This document shows positions 23,201 to 35,200 of a stretch of DNA of 64,000 nt, one piece after another. This stretch comes from Strigamia acuminata (taxonomy: Eukaryota). Every line of letters begins with the position of its first letter. The stretch's first letter is position 1. The stretch covers positions 186,001-250,000 of the forward strand of contig OX442314.1 in assembly GCA_949358305.1 (NCBI GenBank), read 5' to 3'. A program made the translations under genes and the position numbers. Under the pieces are notes generated by a model, which did no database searches, was not told the origin of the DNA, and saw only the letters and a program-made list of their open reading frames with translations.

Positions 23201-25229
23201 GGCAATCCAACCGGATATGCTTGAGCAATCTCAATCTCAGCATGTCTCAGCAGAATCGCAAGCAAGTTCTCCCGGTCTTTCACCACCTGGTTCACCTCTA
23301 CGTTTTGTAACTACACGTAGGAGAATCGGCCAGGATATTTTGCACCACACGATGCCTATCTTCGACCAAGGTGCAATGTCTCCATTACCCCAAGGTGCAA
23401 CGTTTGTCGAAGCACCCTCGGTCGGCAGAACATCTTTCTACTGGCGTTATATCGGTGGTGACACCATTTTCCGTCGATGGGTCCGCGAAGAACATTTACG
23501 GAAGGATCAGCGGCCCGGTTGTATCGATACCGATGTTTACTACTTTCCGGAACCGAATCTACGACTTAGATCCAGAAAGGAGGTCGAAGAGTTTTGTACC
23601 ATGAACGACCTTCCATACGATTCGGAACTTTTCTTCTTCGGAAGCATAGAACATACCATCCCTACGATCCCAGCAGTGCGACATGTTGTTCACCTCTGCC
23701 GAACCGAACCGTCTTCTTATGCGGAAATTCCGAAATTTCAGGACGCTCCGAAATGGCGTGAGGCCATCGATGAAGAATTGGGGATTTTTAAGGAAAGGCA
23801 GATTTATCAGGAAGTTCCAAGGCCACCCAATACTACAGTTTTAGGCTGTAAATGGATCTTCAAACTGAAGACGGATCTAAGCGGCGAAATAACTCGTTAT
23901 CGTGCTCGACTCGTCGCACAAGGCTTTCGCCAAACCATCGGGGTTGATTACGACGAGGTTTTTAGTCCGGTCGTGAACTTCGTTTTAATCCGACTATTCT
24001 TCTGTCTTCTTGTCGTTCTCAGAGGATGGAAGGATGCTCACCTCGACGTCAAAAGTGCATACCTGTATGGGGACCTGAAGCACAAGGTATACATGCGCAT
24101 CCCCGCAGGTGCAACTTGTTCAAATCCCGAAAATGTCTGGCTGCTTGTTAAATCCCTCTACGGACTTCACCAATCAGGGAGGGAATGGTACGAAAAGTTG
24201 GATGGAACGCTTCGAGCCCTCGGTTTTCGGAAGATGCCCGCGTGCAATTGTGTGTACATTTACGGCAATTGCGCCGTCATGCTAGTTTACGTGGACGACA
24301 TCGTACTGTTCTACGCTTCCGACACCGTGTTAACCCGAATCATCCGGCTTATCTCGTCCAAGTTCGACATAGTTAATCTTGGTCCCATCACGAGGCTATT
24401 GGGCGTCGAGTTCATCCGAGACGCTGGGCGAACCTTCATCACGCAACGCGCCTACATTACCAAGCTCGTTAAGAAGTTCGAGGTCTCTATCAATCGCCTC
24501 GTGAAGGTTCCCGTCACACCCGGGACGACGCTCGTGAAGGGGTCTACCGAAAATCTACCGGACTTTCCTTACCGATCTCTCATCGGTTCGCTCCTGTTTC
24601 TTGCTTCGAGAACTCGCCCCGACATCTTATTTTCGGTCATTTCGCTGAGTCAGTTCAATACGTGTTACGACGAAACCCACATCCGAGCCCTGCTCCAAGT
24701 CCTACAATACGTGGCCAATACCATCGACTATCGTATTGAACTTTCCGGCTGTAATTCTAGCCAATTGTGGGCTTGTACGGATGCTTCGTGGGCAAGCGAC
24801 TTGGCAACGTCCTTAAGTTTCGGCGGATTCGTAACCTTCATCGGAAATGTGCCAATTGGCTGGTCGTGCCGAAAACAATCAACGGTCGCATGTTCAACCA
24901 TGGAAGCTGAATTCATCGCCCTGGTTGAGTGCGTTAAAGAAACATTCTGGCTCGACAACATTTTCACCGAGTTCCCGATCTTGAACAGAATATCTCGTCC
25001 TATCATCTATTCCGACGCCCTCGCAGCCATCCAGTTTACTTCGAATGACGTGGAGAATTCCAAGACTAAGCATATCCGCGTCAAATATCATTGGCTACGA
25101 GAGTGGTATACGGCGGGATGTTTCAGTTTACACAAAGTTTCCGGTGAACAAAACATTGCGGACATTTTTACCAAATGGCTCAGTTCTGAGCGTTTGCGAT
25201 CGTTAATCTCTAAGATCTTCCGACTTTGA
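20217..25229 (+). pseudogene. Copia 1 gag-pol (Gag, CCHC knuckle, protease, integrase, MBD, RT, RNase H) with one in-frame TAG at 22914-22916
   Basis: CFNCDEMGHYANKC, WIVDCGAT, LWHSRLGH...CNDC, HMDVWGP, RSDRGGEF, AERINRT, RYRARLVAQG, YVDD, TDASW; ORFs 20061 and 22935 are in the same frame. Confidence 0.93.
23466..23645 (+). other. Methyl-CpG-binding domain (MBD) within Copia 1 pol
   Basis: WVREEHLRKDQRPGCIDTDVYYFPEPNLRLRSRKEVEEFC...LFFF matches the MBD pattern W.R...R........DVYY..P...RS. Confidence 0.82.
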
Positions 25230-25449
25230 ACTTTCACCGTGACTTTCTCGTGACACTCTTAAGTTATTACCCGACATTGAGGATCATCGAGTTCCAGTGG
25301 GAATTTTCGGGCTTTCGTAGCGTTCTTCAATAACAGTACCCGGCTCGATGATTCGACTTTATTATTTTCCTTTTTCAATCTCATGTACACTGTAATTCCA
25401 GTATCCGATTGTTATTTTCCCCGATCCTATTTCCATCGAAAGGGGGAAT

Positions 25450-25994
25450 TGTTGGTCAAAAATAGCCCAAAGTGTGTCGATGTGATATAGGATCACATTT
25501 GATCTTTTGTTTATTAATTATCCAAGTGTATTTGTTGTGATAATTCAATTCTCGACTTCATTTATGATTATTTATATATTTACCTCGTTTTGTGTACTTA
25601 AGCATGGAGTACCATGCATTCTCTAGTTTTTTTGTTTAAGTAACGCCTAATTCCGACACCAGGTGTCATCCTTGTACTTTTCACCATCCAAGATGGCCGC
25701 GCACACGGTTTGGTGCTTGTCTGTTTCTCTCCACCTGGAAAATGGACATTTATGTAAGATTTCCTTATGTTTTAGTAAAGTTTTATTATTTTAGAGTGTT
25801 TGTTTACACTTTACAGCACCTTAAGTGCTATTGTCATTACATTCAGCGCATATAAGCGGCATTTGGCCGCGCGCTTTTGGTCCCGGCAATTTGTAGCATC
25901 GTCGCTACGTCCGTGTCAGCGACACGGCGCCCGCGCACGTTTCCACGCTTCGGTTTGCACCGAATTTTGCGCTGCTCTCCTCTGCTGCCCTTCA
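25450..25994 (+). repeat. 3' LTR of Copia 1 (545 bp)
   Basis: TGTTGG...TTCA preceded by PPT; no mismatch with the 5' LTR pieces seen by eye. Confidence 0.95.
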
Positions 25995-26480
25995 TAACCT
26001 GCGCCGTTCGGCGAATCCGGGATTGTCGACGTCCACCGATTTGCCGGACTTGTGGTCGGGTAACCAGCCCATATTTTCGATCGCGTTTTGGTGTTTGTGA
26101 TACGTCAAAGCGCCTTTCATAGTGGTGGCATAGCCCGGATAATTAATCTCGTCTATTAGTTTATCTCCGATGTGATATTTCAGGTTGCTGAAGAGAAAAG
26201 GCATGAAATTATTCACTAGCGTTGCCGCATCGTCGGTGTCTTTTCCCTCCGACGCATATTCCGTCCCATCATCTTTTGTCAACTGTCCCATTATGCATAC
26301 GTAACTTTTATGGGGATGTGTCCAGATATCTTCGTTCTGTATGATTAGTCTAATTTCAGAGTTCACGTTATTCAAATTTGTCCCAATAATCGGGTGATAC
26401 TCGTGGTATCTGTAAGCATTTACTGATTCGTCGATGACGAACGGTTGTTCGACGTCTAAATAATTTTCGGCGACTTGCAT
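25995..26480 (-). pseudogene. Polinton major capsid protein, N-terminal part
   Basis: DESVNAYRYHEYHP, IRLIIQNEDIWTHPHKSY, LVNNFMPFLF, PGYATTMKG; joins across the TSD in frame (ERRRL|YNLLPK). Confidence 0.88.
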
Positions 26481-26528
26481 GGTTGCTATTTTTTAATTAC
26501 GTAATATTAATATTATATATATTTTTTT

Positions 26529-26684
26529 TTAAAAAGAGTTTATGTAATCTCGATTATCGGCACGAAGCGAAGCTACTTTCATTTCCACATTGCCACCGCC
26601 TCTCATAGCTGGTTCTATTGTAGGGTTCTCTTTTGCGACGACATAATGCGTCGTAATATTTTTTTTCTTAAATATAATCGGCAT
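26529..26684 (-). CDS. Small (51 aa) Polinton ORF with adenain-type cleavage motif MRGG/G
   Basis: MPIIFKKKNITTHYVVAKENPTIEPAMRGGGNVEMKVASLRADNRDYINSF*; fills the gap between penton and MCP; preceded by TAAAAAAATAAC. Confidence 0.55.
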   Translation of the reverse strand: MPIIFKKKNITTHYVVAKENPTIEPAMRGGGNVEMKVASLRADNRDYINSF

Positions 26685-26693
26685 GTTATTTTT

Positions 26694-27416
26694 TTAAACG
26701 GACGTTTTTCTTCTCAAATGAAACCGCGCGGTAAAAATTTCCCCTCTCAGATCGATGGGTTTACTATCTTGATCGGTCAACCATATCCTGACTTCGTGAA
26801 TTTTGGATTGATTTTTTACCGGCAAGTACAGTATATTATGTGGCATTTCGACTATTTTGAAACCGGCCGGAACGTTCGGAAAAAACGCGTAAATAATCGG
26901 AGATGCTTCACCATTCAAGTATGAATCGGTAATTAAATCGCAATGCACCAGGATGGTGTTTATGTGAAAAATGTTAACGGGATTGACTGACTCGCTGGTT
27001 CCAGACGTATATTCGCGGTTTTCAAATCCGAATAAATGAGCCATGTTATTCTCGTGCCTGAAATCAACGGCATATTCCATTTGACTTATCATCAACGTCG
27101 TGGATAAAGTGTTAATATTCTCTTTTATGTCGATGAACGGAAGGTCATTTTTTTGGTCCCAATGACCTTTCAGTTTCATCGGGCAATATATAATGTCGAC
27201 GAGTTCGTAACTACCGGGAGGGAAAGTAATGATTTGCGATGTTTTCGTTTTGTCGATCGAATACACGAATACGTTGTTATCCTCGGTGATATTTGGCATC
27301 GAATTAAAAGTCTCTAGGCTCACTAATCCCAATTCAAATTCATCCTCGCCCAGTAATAAAGGCGATGAGAATGTGGTGAGAAAATCGGTCTTTGTGCTAC
27401 TCAATACAATCGACAT
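26694..27416 (-). CDS. Polinton minor capsid protein (penton, single jelly-roll)
   Basis: FELGLVSLETFNSMPNI, FPPGSYEL, ILVHCDLITDSYLNG, FFPNVPAGFKIVE, LTDQDSKPIDLRGE. Confidence 0.85.
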   Translation of the reverse strand: MSIVLSSTKTDFLTTFSSPLLLGEDEFELGLVSLETFNSMPNITEDNNVFVYSIDKTKTSQIITFPPGSYELVDIIYCPMKLKGHWDQKNDLPFIDIKENINTLSTTLMISQMEYAVDFRHENNMAHLFGFENREYTSGTSESVNPVNIFHINTILVHCDLITDSYLNGEASPIIYAFFPNVPAGFKIVEMPHNILYLPVKNQSKIHEVRIWLTDQDSKPIDLRGEIFTARFHLRRKTSV

Positions 27417-27431
27417 GTCATTCGTGTTTTT

Positions 27432-28754
27432 TTAATTCGCGAGAATTTTCTTACGCATGTTCTCAAACTTGGTTTTGTCGAGGACTCTTTCCTCTTTCAG
27501 TTCCATTAGTATTTCTACAATTTCATTGTCGTGAGCAGGGCCGTTTCTACCTATGAGGCGAAGAGGCGGCCGCCAGGTGGCCATGCCTTGGTAAAGTTAC
27601 TTACCACGGCATGGCCACCTGGCGGCCGCCTCTTCGCCTCATAGGTAGAAACGGCCCTGGTCGTGAGACAGGTTTCCGGCATCCCGTGATGCGTGCAACA
27701 AACGCAGTCTGTCTATTAATTCGTCTGGGTTGTTGTAATACTTGTAGTCTACGGTTAGGTGCGGACGAAACGTTTTTTTAATACCTTTGCCAGCTTGGGG
27801 TGTCTTCTTGCCAGCTTGGGGCGTCTTCTTGCCAGCTTGGGGTGTCTTCTGCTCAGCTAGATGTACTTTGTACTGCTCCCAAATTGGTTAAACCACTTTC
27901 AAGTACTTTTCTCCTTTACTAGCTTTGGGCAGATTAGTTGATGGATCATTATTTCTATACATTGCTTTACTATTGACTAGTATCAAGGCATAATTGTTTA
28001 TTGCATCGACATTGGCATATGGATTCTTTGGAGGAGCTTTATTTACGAGTAATTCTATTAAGTCGTCACTCACTTCGTACTTTTTATTTTTTACAACAAC
28101 GTGGCCCGGGATAAATGTAATCTCTTCGGCTCCTATTTTAAACTTTGAGTCATTTGTGTCAAATCTGATTCCAAACACAGTGTCTATATTAGGTGCACTT
28201 TCGGCATAATGTTTTAAGAAACCTAGGTATTCCGCGGTTAGGTTTTTTTCATCTTTCATTTTTAATTCGAGGCTTCTTCGTACGTCTGCGTGATATTTTG
28301 TATTTTGATCTATAGGCTCCTCCTCTTCATCATCATCATCATCATCGAGATTCGACTCTGCCACACTTCGAAATGAAACATCTTCCTCCTCCTTGTTCAT
28401 GTACGAGTTGTCAAACACTGGTTGGGGAGTTCTAAGTTGACTCGAGGACAAGCTTCGGCGTCCGAACTGTCTTTTAATGGATGCATTTTCCCAATTTATG
28501 ACTGGTGAATCTATATCCGGTTCGTATTTTATCTTCTTAACGTGAGTGGAAGGTGACGGTTTGAAAGACATGGGTTGGGGTGAAGATACTTGCTGCTGCT
28601 GCGGCAGACTATGCAATGCGGCAGTTACCGGTTTGAAGAATGCACCGAGCGCTTCATCTTCGGATCCTCTGTTTAACTTATCTTGCAGAAACTTTTTTTT
28701 CAAGCTCTGTTTTAATTTCTCGTAATTTCAAAGCTGCTGTTTATTCATGTTCAT
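27432..28754 (-). pseudogene. Conserved Polinton hypothetical protein with C-terminal PDELIDRLRLL..S..AGN..H.NEI motif; disrupted
   Basis: In-frame stops at 28728-28730 and 27888-27890, MITE at 27536-27659; FFKPVT, IDTVFGIR, three KTPQAGK 21-bp repeats. Confidence 0.75.
27536..27659. mobile_element. 124-bp hAT-type MITE, near-perfect hairpin
   Basis: CAGGGCCG...CGGCCCTG termini; 8-bp TSD GTCGTGAG (27528-27535, 27660-27667). Confidence 0.9.
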
Positions 28755-29418
28755 TTTTTAAAAATGGGTAAAATTTATTTTTATATCTCCCGCTCGACAT
28801 AGACTTGGTCTTGTCGATCGTGAGAAAGCCGAACGTATCATCGTCCCAACATGATTTACACATGTCTCTGAAACAAACGTACGTCATGTCCGTTCCAACA
28901 TGGTTGTCAAAAACGTGTTTCATGTTTCTTTCGTCTTGTCTGAACATGATTATTAAATTGGCGTTGTCTCTTATCACCTGTTTTGGGATTCGGGAATAAG
29001 TCTGACACAAGTAAAAAGAATCCACGTTACTATGTCGGCCCTGGGCAAAATATTTCTCAATATTATGTTGCTTGTCGGTCATCACATCGTCAAACACAAA
29101 AATAGACTTGTTCACGGATTTATCAAAAAGTTGTTCGGGAGTCGGCACATCTTCGTTGCTCGGGAAGAAATGAGCTACCTGTTCGCCCAATTCCGATTCT
29201 AGATCCTCGAACAACTCTCTTAACCGCTCGTATTTTGGTTGAAATAAAGTTTTAGAAAACACCATCAGCTTGTCAAACCGTAACCAGTGCAGGAAGTTTA
29301 GCAACAGATTCGTTTTCCCACATTCGGCCGGGCCACACATGATGCATCTTATGTTTTTTGACAAAATCGACTTATCACATTTATCCAAACGCCCCGTGTC
29401 AAAATTTATGACATTCAT
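28741..29418 (-). CDS. A32/FtsK-like genome packaging ATPase
   Basis: Walker A GPAECGKT, Walker B FVFDD, QGRH...LCQTYSRIPK..IRDN. Confidence 0.92.
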   Translation of the reverse strand: MNVINFDTGRLDKCDKSILSKNIRCIMCGPAECGKTNLLLNFLHWLRFDKLMVFSKTLFQPKYERLRELFEDLESELGEQVAHFFPSNEDVPTPEQLFDKSVNKSIFVFDDVMTDKQHNIEKYFAQGRHSNVDSFYLCQTYSRIPKQVIRDNANLIIMFRQDERNMKHVFDNHVGTDMTYVCFRDMCKSCWDDDTFGFLTIDKTKSMSSGRYKNKFYPFLKNEHE

Positions 29419-29453
29419 TTTTTATATTCCCGTAATAAAAAAAGAAGACAAAC

Positions 29454-29968
29454 ATGTTTTGCGTTAAATGCAAAAAGTCTACTCCTACCGGCACGTTGGA
29501 AATGGGTGTCACTAAGAATAAGAGAGCCTACAAAAGAGGTAAATGCTCCAAATGTGGGACCTTAAAATATCAGTTCATTAAAAAAAAAAATCTCCAGCAA
29601 CCGGCAAAGGACTCTTTAATAAACTAATCAATAAACTACCGGTAGAAGTGCATATCCCCGGGTACAACTATTGCGGCCCGGGCACAAAATTGGATAAACG
29701 TTTAGCTAGAGGTGATAAAGGCATAAACCCATTGGATGAAGCGTGCAAGCTGCACGACATTGCTTACATAAATGAGAACTTAGAAGCCAGACACGAAGCA
29801 GACAGAAAGTTGGTCGAAGCGTGTGTTTTAATCATCACCGATCCAACAGTCAGTTCAAGCACAAAATTAGTTGCCAAAGCAATCAAAGCAACGTTCAATA
29901 CCAAACTTAAACTGGGAATGGGACTAAAAAAAAAAAAAAATGCCCGACATAGAACAACTGGTATCTGA
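29454..29968 (+). pseudogene. Zn-ribbon (CxxC...CxxCG) plus parvovirus-type phospholipase A2 domain protein, frameshifted in an A11 run
   Basis: MFCVKC...GKCSKCGT; adding one A at 29580-29590 gives ...TGKGLFNKLINKLPVEVHIPGYNYCGPGTKL...LDEACKLHDIAY. Confidence 0.8.
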
Positions 29969-30634
29969 ATTACATAAGCCGGCACGTAGGCATTACGTTA
30001 GACGTCCGGTCGTATCTTTTGCAATCAACGACTTATGGCAGATCGATTTAGTCGAATTGATACCTTTTTCCCATGTAAACAAAGGTTATAAATACTTATT
30101 AACGGTTATAGATGCGTTCTCTAAATATGCGTATGCGGTTCCCATCAAATCAAAGACTGGCAAAGACGTAACCGCCGCATTTGAAAAGGTGCTTGTCAAA
30201 GCGGGGAATAAGGGGCCGGTCAACATGGCATCCGATTGGGGAAAAGAATTCTACAATTCCCATTTCAAGGCACTTGTCAAAAAGTTCAACATCAACCATT
30301 TTTCCACACACTCGCCGCTGAAAGCGAGCATGGTCGGACGGTTCAACCGTACACTCAAAGAGCGCATGTACAGACATTTTACTTTGAAAGGTTCAAGGAA
30401 TTGGATTACTGTCTTACCTCAATTGTTGACCCGTTACAACTCTTCGGTTCATAGAACGACCAACATGAAGCCCAAAGACGTGGCTCCTGAACATGAAAAG
30501 GCGCTCAGACTAAAATTACTTCCCGAACCGGCAACGTCCAAGCCTAAATTCAAAGTGGGCGACCGAGTGCGTATTTCCAAATCCAAATCCATATTTGACA
30601 AAGGGTTTTTGCAAAATTGGAGTAATGAAATCTT
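29940..30634 (+). pseudogene. Polinton retroviral-like integrase, N-terminal part
   Basis: ELHKPARR, WQIDLV, LTVIDAFSKY, SDWGKEF, KASMVGRFNRTLK (catalytic E appears as G); cut by an LTR element. Confidence 0.9.
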
Positions 30635-32226
30635 TGTTGGGTTGGCGTTTTGCTGTTTGTCCCCTTCACGCGCGTGTGTTGTTAAATGCACCTTTCTGGT
30701 TTAGTGCATTTGATGTGCCGTTGTTTATTGACCCGTGCATGAGATCGGTCAATCTAGTGTTTATATAATGCGTATTATATTGCTGCGACCGATCGTTTAT
30801 TTGCAATGGCACATCTCCTATCGTCGCCTGCTCAAAAGAGCAGTTATTGTTTACACTGTTCTGGTTGAGTTATCTTTTAGTTTTGTCATTCTGTAAAGAA
30901 TGAATCAATGTGTTAAAGCATTGATTTGTTCTGTCATTTCATTGTGCTTGAAATCGAGGGCGATTAGCCTCGAACAAGGTTTTATGTTTACACATACTTT
31001 TGTAATAAAAGATGGCGGACGCGTGTCCGATTTATCCGCCCAGCCAAAATGATGTTTCGAGTTATTTAGACAGCGCACAGGCCATCACAACTCTTCAAAG
31101 TGGTAGCAGAGGATAAAAACGATCTGGCAACGACGTTTTTGGAGAAGAAACGGCCATTTTGCGACTACGAGAAGTCGCCGAGTGTGCGCCCGCCCAGCTC
31201 GTCGTAAAAACGAGTTTTCGGTGCGGATTTCAACGCAGAATCGTCGTGACAACGTGTGCGGACGATTCCTCGACACCAGCGGATCGTTTGGATACGTTTT
31301 TGGTTCGGAAATTTATGTTTTTCGTCGCCTCGACGTCGTGCAAATAAACGACGGTCGAGATTTGTGTTTCGAGAATTTCTACGTGTGTGTGCGACGAGAA
31401 TCACTTCGTGGGAATTTTCATCAGTGTTGTGTGCACAAATAAGCACACAACAAGGATACAAACGACGGTAGGACATTATTTTGTCGATTTTCGTGCGAAA
31501 TAAGCACGTTTGGACGTCGTCATCGAAGATTTTCGCGACGGCGGCCATTTTCTTTTTGGATCAATCGTCGCGACCGACGATTTTTGCAACACGCAGAGAA
31601 GTCTGCGGCCACCGAGAAGTCCTGCACACGTTAAGCGTGTGTGCAGGCATTATTTTCCGTGATTTGAACCCCGGAGTTCATCTCACGAAGGCGCGGACGA
31701 GCGCGGCGTTGATTTTCCCGCAATCGCACGGAAGTGTGCACGCGGACGGCACGACAGCCCATTTTCCGTGCGTACGACGACGTGGGAGCAACGTTTCGTC
31801 CTCGAAGGACGTTATTGCGACGCTTTGCACCCGCAATTCGTTGCAACTTTATCATCTTAACACCGAAAAAGTGTATTTTTTGATTTATTTATTATCTCGT
31901 GAAACTTTGTTATATATTAAGGTTTTTGTTGTGGGATATTTAGCATATTCTCCACTCTTCGGGCAGTCGCCCACGTGGAGTCTCATTTTCAATTGCGGCT
32001 GTCTCGTGGCAAGCCAGTCGTCCCGCGGGCACTAGGTGACTCGGTCGGAAGCTGGTAGAGTACCCAATTGAAGTATTTTCTCCTTCTTAAAAGGATTGAC
32101 CCCCGGGAAGTGTGTATTGCTCTCCTTGCCTTTTGGGGGCTATTTGTACATCCGTGCGACGAATTTACGTGATTTGTGTGTTTTGTGCTTCAGTTCTTCA
32201 CTGAATTTCGTCGCAAATTTTTCGAC

Positions 32227-35200
32227 ATGGCGTCGTACGACCGCCATGATGATTATAAAGATGTGAAAAAGTTGTACGGAACCAACTACCCGACTTGGAG
32301 CGTCCAAGTACAGCTCCTTCTCCAATCGTACGGAGTGTGGGGCCATGTGACCGGCAAGACGAAAGAGCCGCCGGCCGGATCACCGTTTCGAGAGACAAGG
32401 GATTTTGAGAAAGGCGAGGAAAGGGCTCGCTCCACCATTTGTCTGGCGTGCGGCGAGGCCCAACAGGTTGTGGCTGTCGCCCACGCTACTGCGAAGGAGG
32501 TGTGGGAGGCACTGAAAGCTGCCTACCAGCCCACCACACGGGCGCGTAAAGCCCGTCTCCGCCGGGAATTTTTGGACATGCGGTTGCATGAAAACGAAGA
32601 GATGTTTGTTTTCACCGCACGAGTTGACCGAAAGGTCGTGCAACTTGCCGACGTTAAGATTAAAATTACGGACGAGTTTCACGCCTTTCAATACCTCGAC
32701 CTGTTGCCACCCCAATACGAACCGGTCAAGCAGACGGTTTATCACTGGGGTGACGCAGAGTTTACGGCAGCAGCGGTCAAGGAACGCCTGGTAGGCGAAT
32801 ACAACCGCTTACATGTAACGACCGACGAGTTTGGCGTGCCTTCCAAGACGCCATTGGAGAACACTGGCGCTTTCTTTAACCAAGGCGGAAGACAACGCGG
32901 ACGTGGCGGAAATGCGCCCAGCGGCCCACGCATCTGTTTCACTTGCGGTGGGACGGGCCACTTCGCCCGTGAATGCCGCACTCCGCCGAAACAGCAATTC
33001 CAAGCAAAAGGAAACCAAACTGGACAATTCAGAGGCAATCCTCGGGGCAAGGGACGTGGACGAGGCCAGCAAAAGGCCGCTGTCACACAGGCTGACATAT
33101 TCAGTGACTCTCCAGTTTCATATTACTCAGCAGCAGTTTGGCTTCAGCAGCAACCCCCTGTGCCGGCTTCCCACGTGTCTCACGCGAATTATGATTCGCA
33201 ATGGTACGTCGACACAGGAGCGACGGACCATTTCTTCTTCAATAAAGACTGGTTCTCCGACTTCAAGCCATTAACTGGCCATGTGCAACAGGGAGAAGGA
33301 AAGTCAAGAATCGAAGGGATAGGAAATATAACATTGACATCAGTTTACGGAACTCGCACCCGTGCACTTACATTGCAAAATGTATTTTATGCACCCAACT
33401 TTAGGAAGAACTTGATTTCGTTGGGTCGCACGGATGAAGCTGGGGCAACGACCATGATTAAAAATGGCAAAATGGTTATTTATAACGACAAAATTGATGA
33501 CCCTTCCATCACTGCGGAACGCACGAGTGATCGGATGTACAAGGTCAATTGTCGTATTTCTCATGTGAACACTGCCGCATTACCTGCGCAACAGGCTGCG
33601 ACAGTGTCTTCTAGTCCGCTCATAAAGGGCGATGAAGTTGTAAATTCAATACTAACATACCCTAGTTTTAAGGACGCATTAACCCAAAATTCGAGTGAGT
33701 CAGGGAAACCTGCACCAGCGATTAAGGGGCAAGCGAATGTTGCGAATAACGCGCCTGCGAACGTTACGGACAATGCGCAAGCGAATGTTTTGAATAAAAT
33801 TAAGACAAAGACTGCCAATGCCTCCAAACAGGCAAGTTCAATTGTGCAGAACAAGGCAGAGAATGGGAATAATTCTATCAATGGGGTTAAAACTTTTGAC
33901 AAGAAAGATAAGGCTCAAACGATGGACATTTGGCACTCCCGCTTAGGGCATTTAAATGCAAAAGGAATTGCGGGTTTAGAAAAGTCAACTGATGTTTTTG
34001 GGCTGAAACTCTCGAATAAGGAGTTGTCGACGTGTGACTCTTGCGCCAGGGCGAAGAGCACACGTGCTAGTTTTCCCCCAATAATTGGAATTACTACGAA
34101 AGGTATTCTGGAAATAGTGCACTTAGACGTGTGGGGCCCCGCTCCAGTTCAAACATTGGGTGGGGCGTACTATTATCTCATTCTCATCGATGATTTTTCC
34201 CGCTTTATGTGGATAATTATCATGAAACGGAAAAGTGACGTTTTGGGACATTTTAAGCGGTGGCTACTTGAAGTTGAGCGAACAACCTCTAAGAAGGTAA
34301 AGGCCATAAAAACTGATAATGGAGGGGAGTTTATATCCAGACAATGGGACAATTATGTGGCGACAATTGGGCTTAAATGTATGAGAACGAATGCGTACAG
34401 CCCAGAAATGAATTCGGTCGCCGAACGGGCGAACCGTACCATTCTTAATGGTACTCGGGCACTTCTTTTTGAGAATAAATTCCCCCCCCACTTTATGGGC
34501 AGAGCTTGCCGTTTCAGTTGTATATCTGAAAAACCGTTTTCCACATACGGGAATTGGTGGGAAAACACCTTATTCTGTGTTTTATAATAAGAAATTGTCT
34601 CTTCGCCATGTCAAGTGCATTGGCTCATTAACTTATGTCCATATCCCATCTCAGACTCGGGGTGGGAAATTACAAGACAGGGCATGGGCTGGGGCATTAA
34701 TTGGATACGCCGCTTCTACACGCGGCTATAGAATTTGGGATCCGAATAAAAATCAGGTGTTTTTGTCTAAACACGTCAAAATTTTTGAAAACAATTTCTG
34801 GTTTGAATTAGGGACGGCCACGTCGCCTGAATTTGGGGATGACTTTGATACGTCAAGTTCGGACTCGTTTAATGGGTCATTTTCTGACGACGACAGTGTT
34901 GCTGGCGACCCAATAATTCAGAAAGCTCCGGAGATTCCGGAACCCCCTCCTGCGATACAGGAAGTTCCACAACCTGCTCCGCAGCAAAAAGTGAAACCCG
35001 CATTGCCCACGACCCCAAAGCCTGCTTTTAGACCTGAATTGAGGCCAGTCGCTAAACAGGCAGCTCAGCAACCCCCACTTATGCCCGTTGAGGGGAACCC
35101 TATTCTTGGGGATAGAGATACAGGGGATGAGCCTGTTGAAGAAATTGGTGGGGCGAAGGGGGATGATGGGAATTACTCCAACGACTATCCTGATGATGGG

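Larger units (their letters stand above)
10385..25994 (+). mobile_element. Copia LTR retrotransposon 1 (MBD-containing) inserted in the Polinton capsid gene
   Basis: TG...CA LTRs; 5-bp TSD TAACC (10380-10384, 25995-25999); PBS; PPT AAGGGGGAAT; gag-PR-IN-MBD-RT-RH order. Confidence 0.95.
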
